Assembly (NCBI GenBank): GCA_950097015.1
Contig: CATNEN010000039.1
Location: forward strand, 18,042,001 to 18,106,000
Source: Macrostomum hystrix
Lineage: Eukaryota > Animalia > Platyhelminthes
Direction of reading: 5' to 3'
Length of the DNA stretch: 64,000 nt
The notes beneath the pieces were generated by a model, which searched no databases, was not told the DNA's origin, and worked only from the letters and a program-made list of their open reading frames with translations. Made by a program: the position numbers and the translations under genes. Below, one piece after another: positions 24,101-35,500 of the stretch. Each line of letters begins with the position of its first letter. Positions within the stretch are counted from its first letter, which is position 1.

Positions 24101-25993
24101 AAAAATGGTCACGTGATTTGTTCTGGATTTGGTGAGTAAAACATACGAGCGTAATACTATTTTACACATTTTCAGATCTTAGTTGTCAGTAAGAAATATA
24201 CTTTTGCTTGGGTCTAAAACATAAATTTTAGTACTCAAATCAATTCTTTACCACTCAGTAAACTACCGGTCCTAGTTTTGACGCTGTAAGGACGAAGGGA
24301 AGATTCTGTACAGGATTTAGGACAGACGTGCGACTTGCATGCTAACTTTATCGATAAATTTGGATAACATACTTGATAAATATACGATTTGGAATGCACA
24401 AATCTGCACTTATGTGAAGTCTACTTGCATTATGCATTCTAAAACAGAGTCAGCATCATCTGCTTGTTTGGCTATACCTGGGCTGTAGGCAGAAGGCTTC
24501 GTTTAATTGTTCGTATACACACAGATTTAGTTGATTGCCCAGTCTCAAAGTCTGTGATCTTTATGAGAAGGAGAAAAATATTTATTTGTCAACAAGCCCT
24601 TTATTGTCGTCTAACATCAGGAATTGCCGAACTGAATTGCAGCATCGAACCCCGCTCAGCCGATACCCGGATTCCCTGGAGGCCGGCAGTGGACCTTGTC
24701 TCCGCCTGCCTTCTGTGCAGCTACCCGCCTCTCGCACCGCTCCAATCGGACCGAACATCAACCTCCAATATCCCACAATCCGTGCTGGAGTCTCTCCGGC
24801 GAGATCTCGTCTCCACCTCATCGCCCTGTCACCTGGTACACGCAGCCTGTCCTGGTCGAGCAGGCAAAGAGCTCCGTGTAAGCACCAGCTTTCTGGAGAA
24901 ACGGCTGCTGAGAAGCCTCAACAGCCTGCAAGGCCAGCTGTTCGTCACACTCAAGTACCTGGTGAAGAAGGTCATCTGTCCGAGTGACGGGGCTATTCAA
25001 GGTCTGAAGCCGTATCACGCGAAGACTATCTTGTTCCGCATGTTGGAGCAGACACCGGCGGAGCAGTGGAAGCCGGAGAATCTCGTGAGCCTTTTGAGAC
25101 AATCCCTGGAGATGCTGCTGGACAGCGTGAAGAGCAGCTGCAGACCTGACAATACCGATGGTCGAATCATGGAGCACTTCTTTCTGATGGATGCCTCACT
25201 GTACCTCAAGGGAGTTGATCGACAAAAGTCGATTGATACACTCAGCAAACTCGCCGACAAATTAAGAGCTGAGATTGAGCGACTACCTGAGATTCTGGTG
25301 CAGTTTGCGGACAGCCTCAAGCCCGTGAGTAAGTCGGGCAGATTCTATTTCCACCCGTTCCAAATCCTGCCAGATCTAAGACCTAGTTCCGTGCCACAGT
25401 ATAGTAACAAAATAGAATATCATGATATCTACCACGTCGTCAGAGAAAGTGTTCTGCGACTGTCCGATCGGGATTGCAGCCAGCAAGAATCTCTCATGGA
25501 GCTGATTGGCAGACTGCCAAACTGTGCCTTCACGACACGGGAGGCTCTGAGAGCGCTGGCCTGCCTCAAGTTCGGTGACAGAGAGACTGCTGAGCAGATT
25601 TTGAACCGGAGCATGGGGCATAGGGTGAGCAGAGGCATCGATATGATTGCTTCGATGCCGAAAGTCTATGTAACGACAGATTTCTTGTGGCGGCATCTGG
25701 AACGTCACAACTCCGCATGGAAGTTCTGCTTCGGGTTTGACGGGCGGATACAAATCAGCTTCGTGACTGGAGGACTTCTAAAGCATTTTTTTCCCAAAAA
25801 GTTAGCTGTTGGCGATTTCTTCATCAACTTCGAAGCCGTGCTGTGGGCTCTGCGCCTCGAACTCTGGACGCACAGCACTGCAAGAGCTCAGGAATGGATC
25901 CGACAAGAGAGTTATCAGGAGGACCCTGATGAGGAGAAGCTGGAGGAGCTGTGGGAGCTGGAGCAAGCGCGTATACGCCAACGTTCATTCTGA
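21179..25993 (+). CDS. Ankyrin-repeat / Mab-21 (cGAS-like receptor, cGLR) nucleotidyltransferase fusion protein, ~1216 aa, 3 exons
   Basis: Exons 21179..23088 (CT|GTAAGT, phase 2), 23764..24131 (CAG|A ... G|GTGAG, phase 1) and 24621..25993 (CAG|GA) splice in frame. Exon 1 has 17 ANK repeats plus an N-cap. Exon 2 has IGSFSEG-x-SDIDIM; exon 3 has AVDLV...YP, HLV, RVSTSFLEKRLL, LKPYHAKTILF, QW..ENL, HFF, the Mab-21/cGAS fold signature. Confidence 0.85.
21485..23060 (+). repeat. coding tandem array of 99/102-bp ankyrin units with high nucleotide identity
   Basis: Near-invariant GGCATCAGCAAGTCGTTGAGTCACTCATCAAAGC core in 16 successive units. Confidence 0.97.
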
Positions 25994-26234
25994 TAATCTA
26001 ATGCGTTTGCTACTTATAGTTAAAGCAAACTGCCTGCTTTCAGTTAAAAAATATTCTTTTATTTTGGCCTATTATTGAAAGCCGTAGCGGTCATTTAACT
26101 GGCTGTCCGTAAAAAAGAGCTTAAATCAATATCTTGCGGACTAAAGCATCTGACTCTGATCCAAAAAGTTAAATTATAGCCTTGGGAGCCTTTTATTAAG
26201 GCTTTATAGCACAGCATTCAGTTAAGATGTAAAG

Positions 26235-27026
26235 TGTATTCCCTATTCCCTTGATTGATTGTATATCCCTATGTATGCAACTGTAGGGAAGAACATAAAG
26301 CAGGGATTCGCGAGGAGATTAGCGGCCGAAGCAAAGGCCCTAGCGTCGATTTGGTTTATTTGTTCGGTTTCAATTTGATTCGGTAATTCGAAAAACATGG
26401 GCCGAGAGCAGCATAAAACCCACAAACAACCACCCCAAAGCCGTCTAGACGCGCTTTGCAAGCCAGCTAGTCAAACCGGTCATTGTTAGCAGAAACTCTC
26501 CGTCTTACTAACTTAAATGCAGCTAGGGGGCCTGGGACACTTGACGCACAAACACAGGAATGCCCCCAGGCCGGCGAACTAGGCGGGAGTCGCCCCATCG
26601 CGCCATCTGGACCCCTGGATTCAGGCACCTCACACACAGCAGCAAGCCAAGCGGGGCGGCAGCCGGAGTGCCTCACCCCAGGCCCGCACACGCACAGAGC
26701 TGACCAAACCAGGGGAGGACTTAGATGCCTAAAGGGTAGGGACGAGAGTACACATTGGTGCACACCCGCCCCACCCCCATACAACGCCTCACACCTGGCC
26801 AAACGCACAAACAGAAACACAAACAAGCAGGCATGCAGAAGGCAGGGGTTAAGCTTAGCTTAGGTTGCACAGAATAATGTGCATCTCCGCAAGTCACTAC
26901 TTCGCATACCTCCAACCAAGCCCCGAAATAATCGTGACTTGGAGGGAGGAACGAACCAGCGACCATTCGAAAGTGAGGCAGCGACATTAGCCGCTAACCC
27001 ACTCACCCCCTAAACTTTCCGTCACA
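26235..27026 (-). mobile_element. candidate solo LTR (~790 bp)
   Basis: GC-rich island bounded by TG...CA (minus strand starts TGTGACGG), flanked by 4-bp direct repeat AAAG, with AATAAA on the minus strand near 26355. Confidence 0.4.
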
Positions 27027-27949
27027 AAAGCACTACTGCATTGCGAGCTATATTAACAATTCCTGGAAATTTATTATGGAATACTATTGTTTCTGGTTTT
27101 ATGATTTGAATTTCAAGAAAAGTTTACTAAAATGCTTAATTTAATTTTTACTATCGGTTTTGTGTGTTTTGACGATGTACGAGTAAAATAGTTTCTGCTT
27201 TCATTTAAACCATTCGGTATTCTGTTCGTTTGTGAAGAGCAGCTCAGAAATATAATAAATTTTCTCTTTTTGCTCAAACTTGAGGGAATGGAGATTGTAT
27301 AGTCACTCAAATTTGAGACATTTGAGTTAAACCGAGGTCGAAGCTATTGTTTAGGTCAGTCCTGAGTCATATTCTTTTTTCAGGCTCATTATTAAACCCA
27401 AATTGAGTATCTCCATTAAAAATAAATATTTTTTCTCTCAGACAGATGGGTCTGTTATGGTACTCAAAATGTTCAACAATAGCAAGTTTTATTGTGCTAG
27501 TCACCACAGACCAAGAAATAACAGTTTTCTCTTCATGAACAGTGGAATGTGGGCTTGAGAACAACCTCTAGCCGTTTCGAACAGTCACAAGACAGACGAG
27601 CTTCTCAATCAGCGCATTTTCAGGCTCTCCTGCCTCAGTCTCATTGTGACTGTGGTTTTTCCGCCCCACTCCGCACGTTTTTTCTCAATCGGTCCCGCCT
27701 CGTGCTGTGGCCTCGAAGCTCCATAGTTCGCGGCCTGCATCTTGAGCAGATCTCAGGAGCCTGTCTGCGCTGCCACTGAGTGAGAGGTTAAGAGGCTACT
27801 TTGCTTATTTAATAGTCTCTAAGCATTTTTTATTTGCAATCACATATTTTGCTAATTTTTCGTTCGATTTATATTTTTGTTGTCTGCTTCAGTGGAGCGA
27901 GCTCTGATGTCTTGTAAATTATCTATACATTGCTATTATCCCTTCTAAA

Positions 27950-28102
27950 GAACTGTGTACTTTTAACCGCATAATTTGAACTGCATGACAAGCCCCCAAG
28001 CCTTTCCTCCGTGGCTGTATGAATGTGGCCTCGCCACAGAATCGAACTCAGGGACCTTGGTGAGAGAGGCAAACACGTTAGACAGCTCTGCCACTGACAC
28101 CA
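27950..28102 (-). mobile_element. tRNA-derived SINE, family B
   Basis: Minus strand GTGGCAGAGC...GAGTTCGATTC (A/B boxes); homologous to 13398-13570. Confidence 0.7.
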
Positions 28103-28907
28103 TTGCTCTGATTTCTTGTTTTTTATTCGAAATCTGCAGTGATTCTGTCCTGTTTTTAGTATATTGTGAGGTTCCATTCTTAAAATACAGCTTTCGAAAA
28201 GAATATTGTGCTAACACAAAAGTATATTTCAAAATGTACAAATGATGTGTTAGATGATTGATGTATTGGCACATCAGTTCCATGACTAGAAATAAAAAAA
28301 TCGATTTGCATTTGAGCTGCCTTGAAGTTAAGCGTAGCAATTATTAACGGTTTCCTGACAGTGAAGAACAGGTTGTGTCAGACAGGCTGTGTGTGCCATT
28401 TGACATGCCCTAAGATTTATTTATCCTCGTTTATCTCAGTAGTTTTTTATTCCGATTCTACATCACAGGCTCCCTGAATTTAGACTGAGTTTATTTAAGT
28501 GTTTACCTGGCAGACTGCAACCTAAGGCTCTATTTTGCAGACGGAGGGGTTTTGTGGTTAGCAACGGGCTCGGATTCAATTAACCAATGCTTTTCACCGC
28601 TCGCAGCTTTTGCTGAAGCAAGTCCTGCAGCCACCCCGTTTCGATGAGTAGCTTTCTGAGGAGTGGCTGCTCCATAAGTGCATTTTCTCGTTGCACCTGT
28701 AGCTATTTATAGCTTTAGCTTCATTTCACAGCTTGTCTGGCGGTTTGGCAGTCGAATCTCACCAGCCTCTCCAACTCCGCACGTTTTTCCTCCCTCGGAC
28801 CTGCCTCGTGCCGCGGCATCGGCCCCATTGTTTGCGGACCTAGCTCTTGAGCAGTTCTCAGGCCGGTTGCCTCTGCGCATTTACAGACGTCTTCTTTAAC
28901 TTGGCAC

Positions 28908-28955
28908 CAGGGACTACTAAAACACTACTAAAACACAGTGTTTTAGTAGTCCCTG
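28908..28955. mobile_element. 48-bp hAT-like miniature element
   Basis: 19-bp perfect TIRs CAGGGACTACTAAAACACT; 8-bp TSD CTTGGCAC at 28900-28907 and 28956-28963. Confidence 0.85.
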
Positions 28956-29059
28956 CTTGGCACTTTGGCATCGCAGCAGGCTTGTAATGGGTCATTGCTG
29001 CCAGCTTTCCAAAAACTCGAGATTTTTATAAGAGGTAATTAGTTATAATAGTAATTGTG

Positions 29060-29350
29060 ATTACTGTCCTAATTGGGCCAGATGAGCAGCTCATCCCGGC
29101 AGCAGTGCTGCAGCTATTGCGTGGTGCATCTGAATGCTGCGTACAGCTGTTCAGTCCATGGACTGGGTTACACCATACCCACCCTAATTTAACCCAGCTA
29201 ATGCTGGAACCCATTAACACCTGGGTGAACTGAAGCAATGCAGAGTTAAGTGTCTTGCTAAGGTCACAAATTGTTTCAATGGAGTCGAGAATCGAACCAC
29301 CTTCCTTCAAGTCATGAGTAGGTGGTTCGACTCTAACTCGTCTAGCCGTA
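29060..29350 (-). mobile_element. tRNA-derived SINE, family A (CORE-like central domain)
   Basis: B box GGTTCGATTC followed by TGTGACCTTAGCAAGACACTTAACTCTGCATTGCTTCAGTTCACCCAGGTGTTAATGGG; homologous copies at 40250, 42060 and 56335. Confidence 0.8.
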
Positions 29351-30194
29351 ATTTACTATTCAAAGCCGTCTTTAATTTTCGTCGCTTAGCGAGAGGTCAC
29401 ATGCAGTGCCTCCTTTTATTTGTTCAGAACTGCCGCAAAAGAGCAGTCAAAACTATTTTTTGTTTGAGACGAACGCTGCTATTTACGGTCTAAGCTGGTT
29501 CAAATGAATGCTTTTCGTTTATACTCGTAGAATTTTTTGGATGCAGCTTGAATATAGCAAGGTGCTTTGAAGAGCCCAAATATTAATTGGTTTCATTCCA
29601 TTTTCTCGTTTAGCTACTCTGTTTTGTCGCAACTAGATTTTAGCACTGCTTTCCAGTCCAGTCCTGACGTTTTCTCTCTGCGACTATATAGGTCTCAAAT
29701 CGTGTATCAGCTTTGTCCCATTGTTCGCAGCACTCTACAGGACTGTTCTTCCATGTCTCAAATATACCCTGTCTGAGGTGGTATCTGAATCTATGTACTG
29801 GAACAAACGGTGCTGTTGATTCAATTCATTTAGTTGCTCATTACATTTTTGTGAGTTCTGTACGCAGAATATACTTTTCAGATTTTTCTTCTGATATTCC
29901 CAGGATTATTTATAGTATCTAACATCAGATTTTCTGTGAAGATTGAGGTCAGGGAAGTAGGCTCTCGCACCTCGGCGCCTCTACAGGCGTGGTGGCAACA
30001 GCTCCGGTAATGAATTTCTCGAACTCGCGCTGCAGAACGAATCAGACCAAGTTCCCAATGCGCGGAGCACGCTGGATCGTGGCGATGTACGTGGTCCGCT
30101 GCAGGTAACTACTGGCTGGTTTGCGGAGTATGTTGATGCTTTTACGGAAGCTGCTGATGACAGGAGTTAAAGTGCATTGTTTTAAATTGAAATT

Positions 30195-30402
30195 AAATAT
30201 TGACGATTTCTTCTTCATCAACTTCGACGCCTTGCTGTGGGCTCTGCGCCTCGAACTCCGGGTGGTCAGCACTGCAAGAGCTCAGGACAGGATCCGGGAT
30301 GTGGCTCTTCGGGAGGACGCGGATGAGCAGGAGCTGCAGGTGGCTGCATGGCATTCTTGGGACTTTAAGCTGGCTTGTGTTATTCTGAAGAAATTGGATT
30401 GA
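30195..30402 (+). pseudogene. relic of the C-terminal region of a paralogous ANK-cGLR gene
   Basis: DDFFFINFDALLWALRLELRVVSTARAQDRIR aligns with GDFFINFEAVLWALRLELWTHSTARAQEWIR at 25810-25905; similarity is clear at DNA level; upstream exons are absent. Confidence 0.85.
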
Positions 30403-30921
30403 GTTTCTGAGAAAGCAACTGCATCGAATGAGATTCGTTGATGATTTTAGTTGATATGGAATGAATAGAGCCTCTAATGCTGGGAAATCGACTTATTGTA
30501 TCCAGCGTCTAAACCCTTTTTCATCTATTTGCGTAATTTTGACAATTATTACTTTATTTAGTGCTTAATTGAATAGCGGTCCATTAAAATCTGTCTTGTT
30601 GACTGAAGCAACTGCAGGCGCACCCGAAAATAGTTTAATAGCCATTGGGAACATTAAAAGCATGGTTGCAAGAGATAAAAATGTAGAGATGCGAAATTAG
30701 TTTTCTATGTTTGTTCTAATTTTCAAACAACTACCTTAGTACTCGTAGATAGTCAGTGGTCCTACTTATTAGTCTGGAGGTAAACGAAATCACAAACGTT
30801 TATTCATCAGTTCTCATGAAGCTCCTCGAGCTCATGACTAGCTTTTAGAAGACGCTTGACTCATGCCTCAAATAATGAACAAGTGCCCATAGTCTCCTGC
30901 AAGTGTTAGAATGAATATTGA

Positions 30922-31450
30922 TAATATACCTTTTTACGTTCTATTTGATAAAAACTGCAACCAATTTGGCCACGGCTCAGCCTGACGCAGCCGCAGCAAT
31001 TTTCCATAGGCAGCCGCCGCTAGCAGCAACCAATTTGGTAAAAACTGCGAGCTATTTTGCCAGCTTGAAGATATCATTGTTATCATTGTTATCATCTTAT
31101 CATTCTTATCATTCTTATCATTCTTATCATTCTTATCATTCTTATCATTCTTATCATCACTCTGATGACGAATCGTGGGCCTTACCAAAAGATAAGTCAG
31201 CTGGATCTAGAGCGAATCGTGAGAGCGTGCAGGAATGGCGACGACTGGAGAGAGCTTGGCAGAATGATGGGGATGAAGAAACCGACAGTGAGGAACATCA
31301 TGACCACGTATGAACGAACTGGTAGTTTTTACCACATTGGTTGCTGCTAGCGGCGGCTGTCTATGGAAAATTGCTGCGGCTGCGTCAGGCTGAGCCGTGG
31401 CCAAATTGGTTGCAGTTTTTATCAAATCAAGAACGTAAAAAGGTATATTA
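30922..31450 (+). mobile_element. internally deleted Tc1/mariner element (MITE-like) retaining the transposase N-terminal HTH
   Basis: About 125-bp TIRs (TATACCTTTTTACGTTC... / ...GAACGTAAAAAGGTATA) in a TA-rich flank; internal ORF 31165-31350 (RIVRACRNG..WRELGRMMGMKKPTVRNIMTTYERTG) is an HTH; (ATCATTCTT)n microsatellite inside. Confidence 0.8.
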
Positions 31451-32534
31451 ATCCAAGTGATCCAGGTGATCCAAAAACATGAACTGCGCCCATGCAGGTG
31501 GCCTTTAAAGTTCCTAAAATATATGTTTGTACTTTACGCTGTCGGACTATACGATACCCATTGCTGTCTTTTAATTCGCGAAAGAATTTTTACGAATCAT
31601 TTCTCGTAAGCTGCCCGTCTCTTTACTTTTTAAAAATAATAATTTATAGTTTTGCCACAAATCGGTAACAAAGACTTGTGTGAGTACTTGAGGAAGTTAA
31701 TTTTCCCAGCAGTTTCCCAGCAGCAAAGCTTATAGTATTAAACTACAGTTACGAACGCAGTAAAACTTTTGCAGAGAAATATCTTGGTAACGGAAACATG
31801 ATCTTATTAGTACTATATTAGTAGTACAATTTGTGTCACGTTAGCTAAATCCTTAAGTAGTATAGCGCTTTAAGTTTTGGTTTCTGTTTTGGTATTTCCT
31901 ATATGTTAGTCTAGCGATTGGCTGCAGTCTAGATGTCTTGAAGGCTATAACTCCTAACGACTATCGCTCTCAGTATCTCGGCTGACTGGTGTAATCTCTT
32001 CCTGGATTTTTACCTCGAGATCAAATCAATAAAGAACTCAAACACAGTTGGTTTTCTAATTAGTTAACTTAACGGAGCTCAAAGCTAATTCTCTAACGCT
32101 CTCGCGGCGGACCATTTTTCCGCGCTCCGCTCCAACTTATATAATGTCCTCGAAACCCCTCGTTCCGAGGAGAAGACAATACCGTAGCAACAGTACGCAT
32201 GAGAATTTGGGGTGAGTGAGGTCGCAGCCTCGAGTCTAGTACAGTCATTATCATTAGACTAGTTGGTTGGCAAGCACACCAACCCCTTTTCTATGGAGGG
32301 TGGGGAAGTCCTGAAAACGCCTTAGTTGAGTTCGGAAGTGTTCCCGCTTCTAACCGAGACCTCTTTCCTACTGTTCATTATATCCCCTTCCCTTCATCGA
32401 TCCAGTCTTCTTGTGCGGTCGCGGCCTCTTCCAGATCTCGTTCCAGATCGGGTCCGGGCTGCTCCGATTTCAGGCAGGGCTTGGTCGATGCAGGCAGCTG
32501 CGGGTCGGGACAGGCCGGGCCGGGTCGAGTCCAG

Positions 32535-35500
32535 TGTTGTGTATTGACTGACTGAATGCTAATTTACGCATACTGCCACTATGAGTAGTGCAGTGAGGAA
32601 GCTAGTAGTTTCTAGAACCTTCTGTAGCCAGAATATTCTAGAACCTTCTATAGTCCGTGTTTTCTAGAACTTTCGATTTAACATATCAGCTACCTATAAA
32701 TATACGGACACAAAGCTATCACAAAAAGGATAACTTCTCAATTTGGAATCTGCCAACAAATCCGTTGTTCCCTTCGTTCACTACATAACAACTGGCGACG
32801 AGGATGGCCCTCAACGTTAGCCCACCGACACCGTACCTGCCGGCAAGCGGACCTCCAGCAGTTCCATGGAATCGATGGCTAGACGCTTTCGATATCTATT
32901 GCCAAGCGGCGCAGATCTGGACTGACCGGCCGGCAGAGGGCGAAGCTCCAACAGAGGAAGCTACGCGACTGGCAACGAGGAGCCGCAACATGCTGCTGCA
33001 CCTGCTCGGTTTCGAAGGGCAGCGGATTGCCAGGGCACGCAACGCGATTGTCGACGGCCACACCTTCTGGCAAACCCGCGACATGCTGACGACTGTGTTT
33101 GGCGACCGGCCAAACGTGATGTTGGCGCGTCACCGATTCCGGGAGCGACATCAGCTGCCCGGAGAGGACGCAGTCACGTTTGTCGCAGCACTACGCGAGC
33201 TGTCAGCCACCTGCAACTACGGAGCAATGGCTGACGAAATGATCCGCGACCAGCTGGCCCAGAAAACCAGCAGCAGCCGGATTCGTGAGCGCCTGCTGAC
33301 TGAGGACGCCGCCAGGCTGACACTGGACCAAGCCATCGTGATCGCGACGACTATCGAGGAGGCAGCGGCAGGCAGCAAGGCGATGGCAGCAGCCGGCTCT
33401 TCAGGAAATGTCCAGGCTGTGCAGGAGGCCAGACCCCGAGGTCACCATGGCGCTCCGTCCAAGAAGAAGCCAGGGCAGCAAGCCGGAGGATCCTGCCAGC
33501 GATGCGGCCGCAGCCATGATGGCAAAGCCCAATGTCCCGCGCACGGCAAGAAGTGCAACAACTGCGGCAAACTGAATCACTTCAGCCGATGCTGCCGCAA
33601 TAAGACAATGCAGGTCAGCGCGGAAGAGACAATCTACGCAGTCCACGGCAACAACGAGGTCCGCGCAGACCTTCAGCTCGGCAGCATCCGAAAGACCGTC
33701 AGCCTGATGGTCGACTGCGGTGCCAAGGTGTCTCTGCTGAACGAGGCCACGGCACGGGGCTTGGGCGACATTCGCCTAAGAACGTCGTCGATGAGGCTAC
33801 GAGCCTACGGCGGGAAGCTGATCGCCCTAGCTGGGATCGCAACAGTGCCCGTCAAGCACCACAGCCGTGAGCTCCAACACGACTTCTACGTCACGAGGTC
33901 TGGCGAGAACCTCATCGGCCGCGACCTGATGGAGAAGCTAGGCTTCCGCGTGCAACTGCAGCCGCCAGCTGAGATCGGTGCCGAGATCGCCAGCGTAGAC
34001 ATCGAGCGAGAGTTCCCAACGGTCTTCAGCGGCTCGATCGGTCTCTGCAAAGGCGCAGTGCACAAACCGAGGATTAACGCAGCGGTGCCACCAGTGCAGC
34101 AGCCGCTCCGTCGACTTCCGCTCGCTAAGCAGCAACAAGTCGGCGAGGAGCTGGACCGTCTGGAGGCCATGGGAATCATCGAACGGGTGAATTCCAGCCC
34201 ATGGATCTCCAACTTGGTTGTCGCTAACAAGAAGGACGGAAATATTCGAGTCTGCATTGACGTGCGAGAGCCGAACAAGTCGCTCGTCATCGACCGGCAC
34301 CCGATGCCGCAGCTGGACGAGATCTCGGCCAAGATCAAAGCGGCCGGAGGCAGCGTGTTCTCCAAGATCGACCTTAAGGCAGGATACATGCAGATGAAGC
34401 TGCACGAGTCATCACGTGACCTGACAGCATTCATTACTCACCAGGGTCTGTATCGCTACTGCAGGGTGCCGTTCGGCCTTGCTTCTGCACCGGCGGCATT
34501 CCAGAGGATGCTGGACGACCTGGTGTCTGATCTGCAGGGTGTTGAGCACATCCTGGACGACTTCATCGTCTTCGGAGCAACTGAAGCCGAGCACGACTCG
34601 AGGCTGCGAGCACTGCTGAAGCGATTGGAGGACGCCGGTCTCACTGCCAACAAGGACAAGTGCCAGCTGCGGAGGACTGAGATTGAGTTCTTTGGCTTCA
34701 TCTTCTCAGCCAACGGCATGCGACCGTCTGAGAGTCAGACCAACGGCCAGACCGAGAGACTCAACAGGACGCTGATGGACAGCATCCGAGCGGCCAGGGC
34801 GGCGAACATTCCGATGCAGGACGCGCTGCTGCAGTTCCTTGAGGCTTACCGCAGCACTCCACACGCCCTGACTGGGAAGAGCCCGGCTGAGCTGATGCTG
34901 GGCAGGCGATGGCGCACAGCCCTGTCTCTGCTGTCACCGTCTAAGGACAACGCGGTTGCGCATACCGAGATGGCCCAGCGAATCCAAGAGCGCCAGCAGC
35001 GGACGGCAGCCTACACGGACCAGCGGCGAAGAGCGCGACCGCCGGCACTGCGCGCCGGCGACTGGGTTCGGGTGCGGCGTCCAATACGACGGGGCAAGCT
35101 CGGAACGCGGCTCTCGGCGCCGCTTCGGATCGTCAAAACGATGGGCGCTGCTTGCCGACTGACCGACGGCAGCACCTGGAATCAGCAGGCACTCGTACCA
35201 ACATCGATGCGCCTGAGCCCCGAGACACCGGTGCCTGACGAGCTCGACCCGCTCATCGACTTTCAAGGACAGCACACGGTTCCGGACGATGGAGGCGGAG
35301 ATCCCTTGCCTGCACCGGATCCAGCACAGGGACTAGCGACCCCGCCGGTACGACGATCCGGTCGGCCGAGGCGACCTGTGCAGCGTTATGGCTTCTGACT
35401 GACTGATTTTGCGGAGAGGGGGAAGATGTTGTGTATTGACTGACTGAATGCTAATTTACGCATACTGCCACTATGAGTAGTGCAGTGAGGAAGCTAGTAG

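Noticed and set aside
23764-25993. Bacterial CBASS CD-NTase operon
   Set aside because: The gene is intron-split with a metazoan Mab-21-type C-lobe, and there are no adjacent Cap effector genes.
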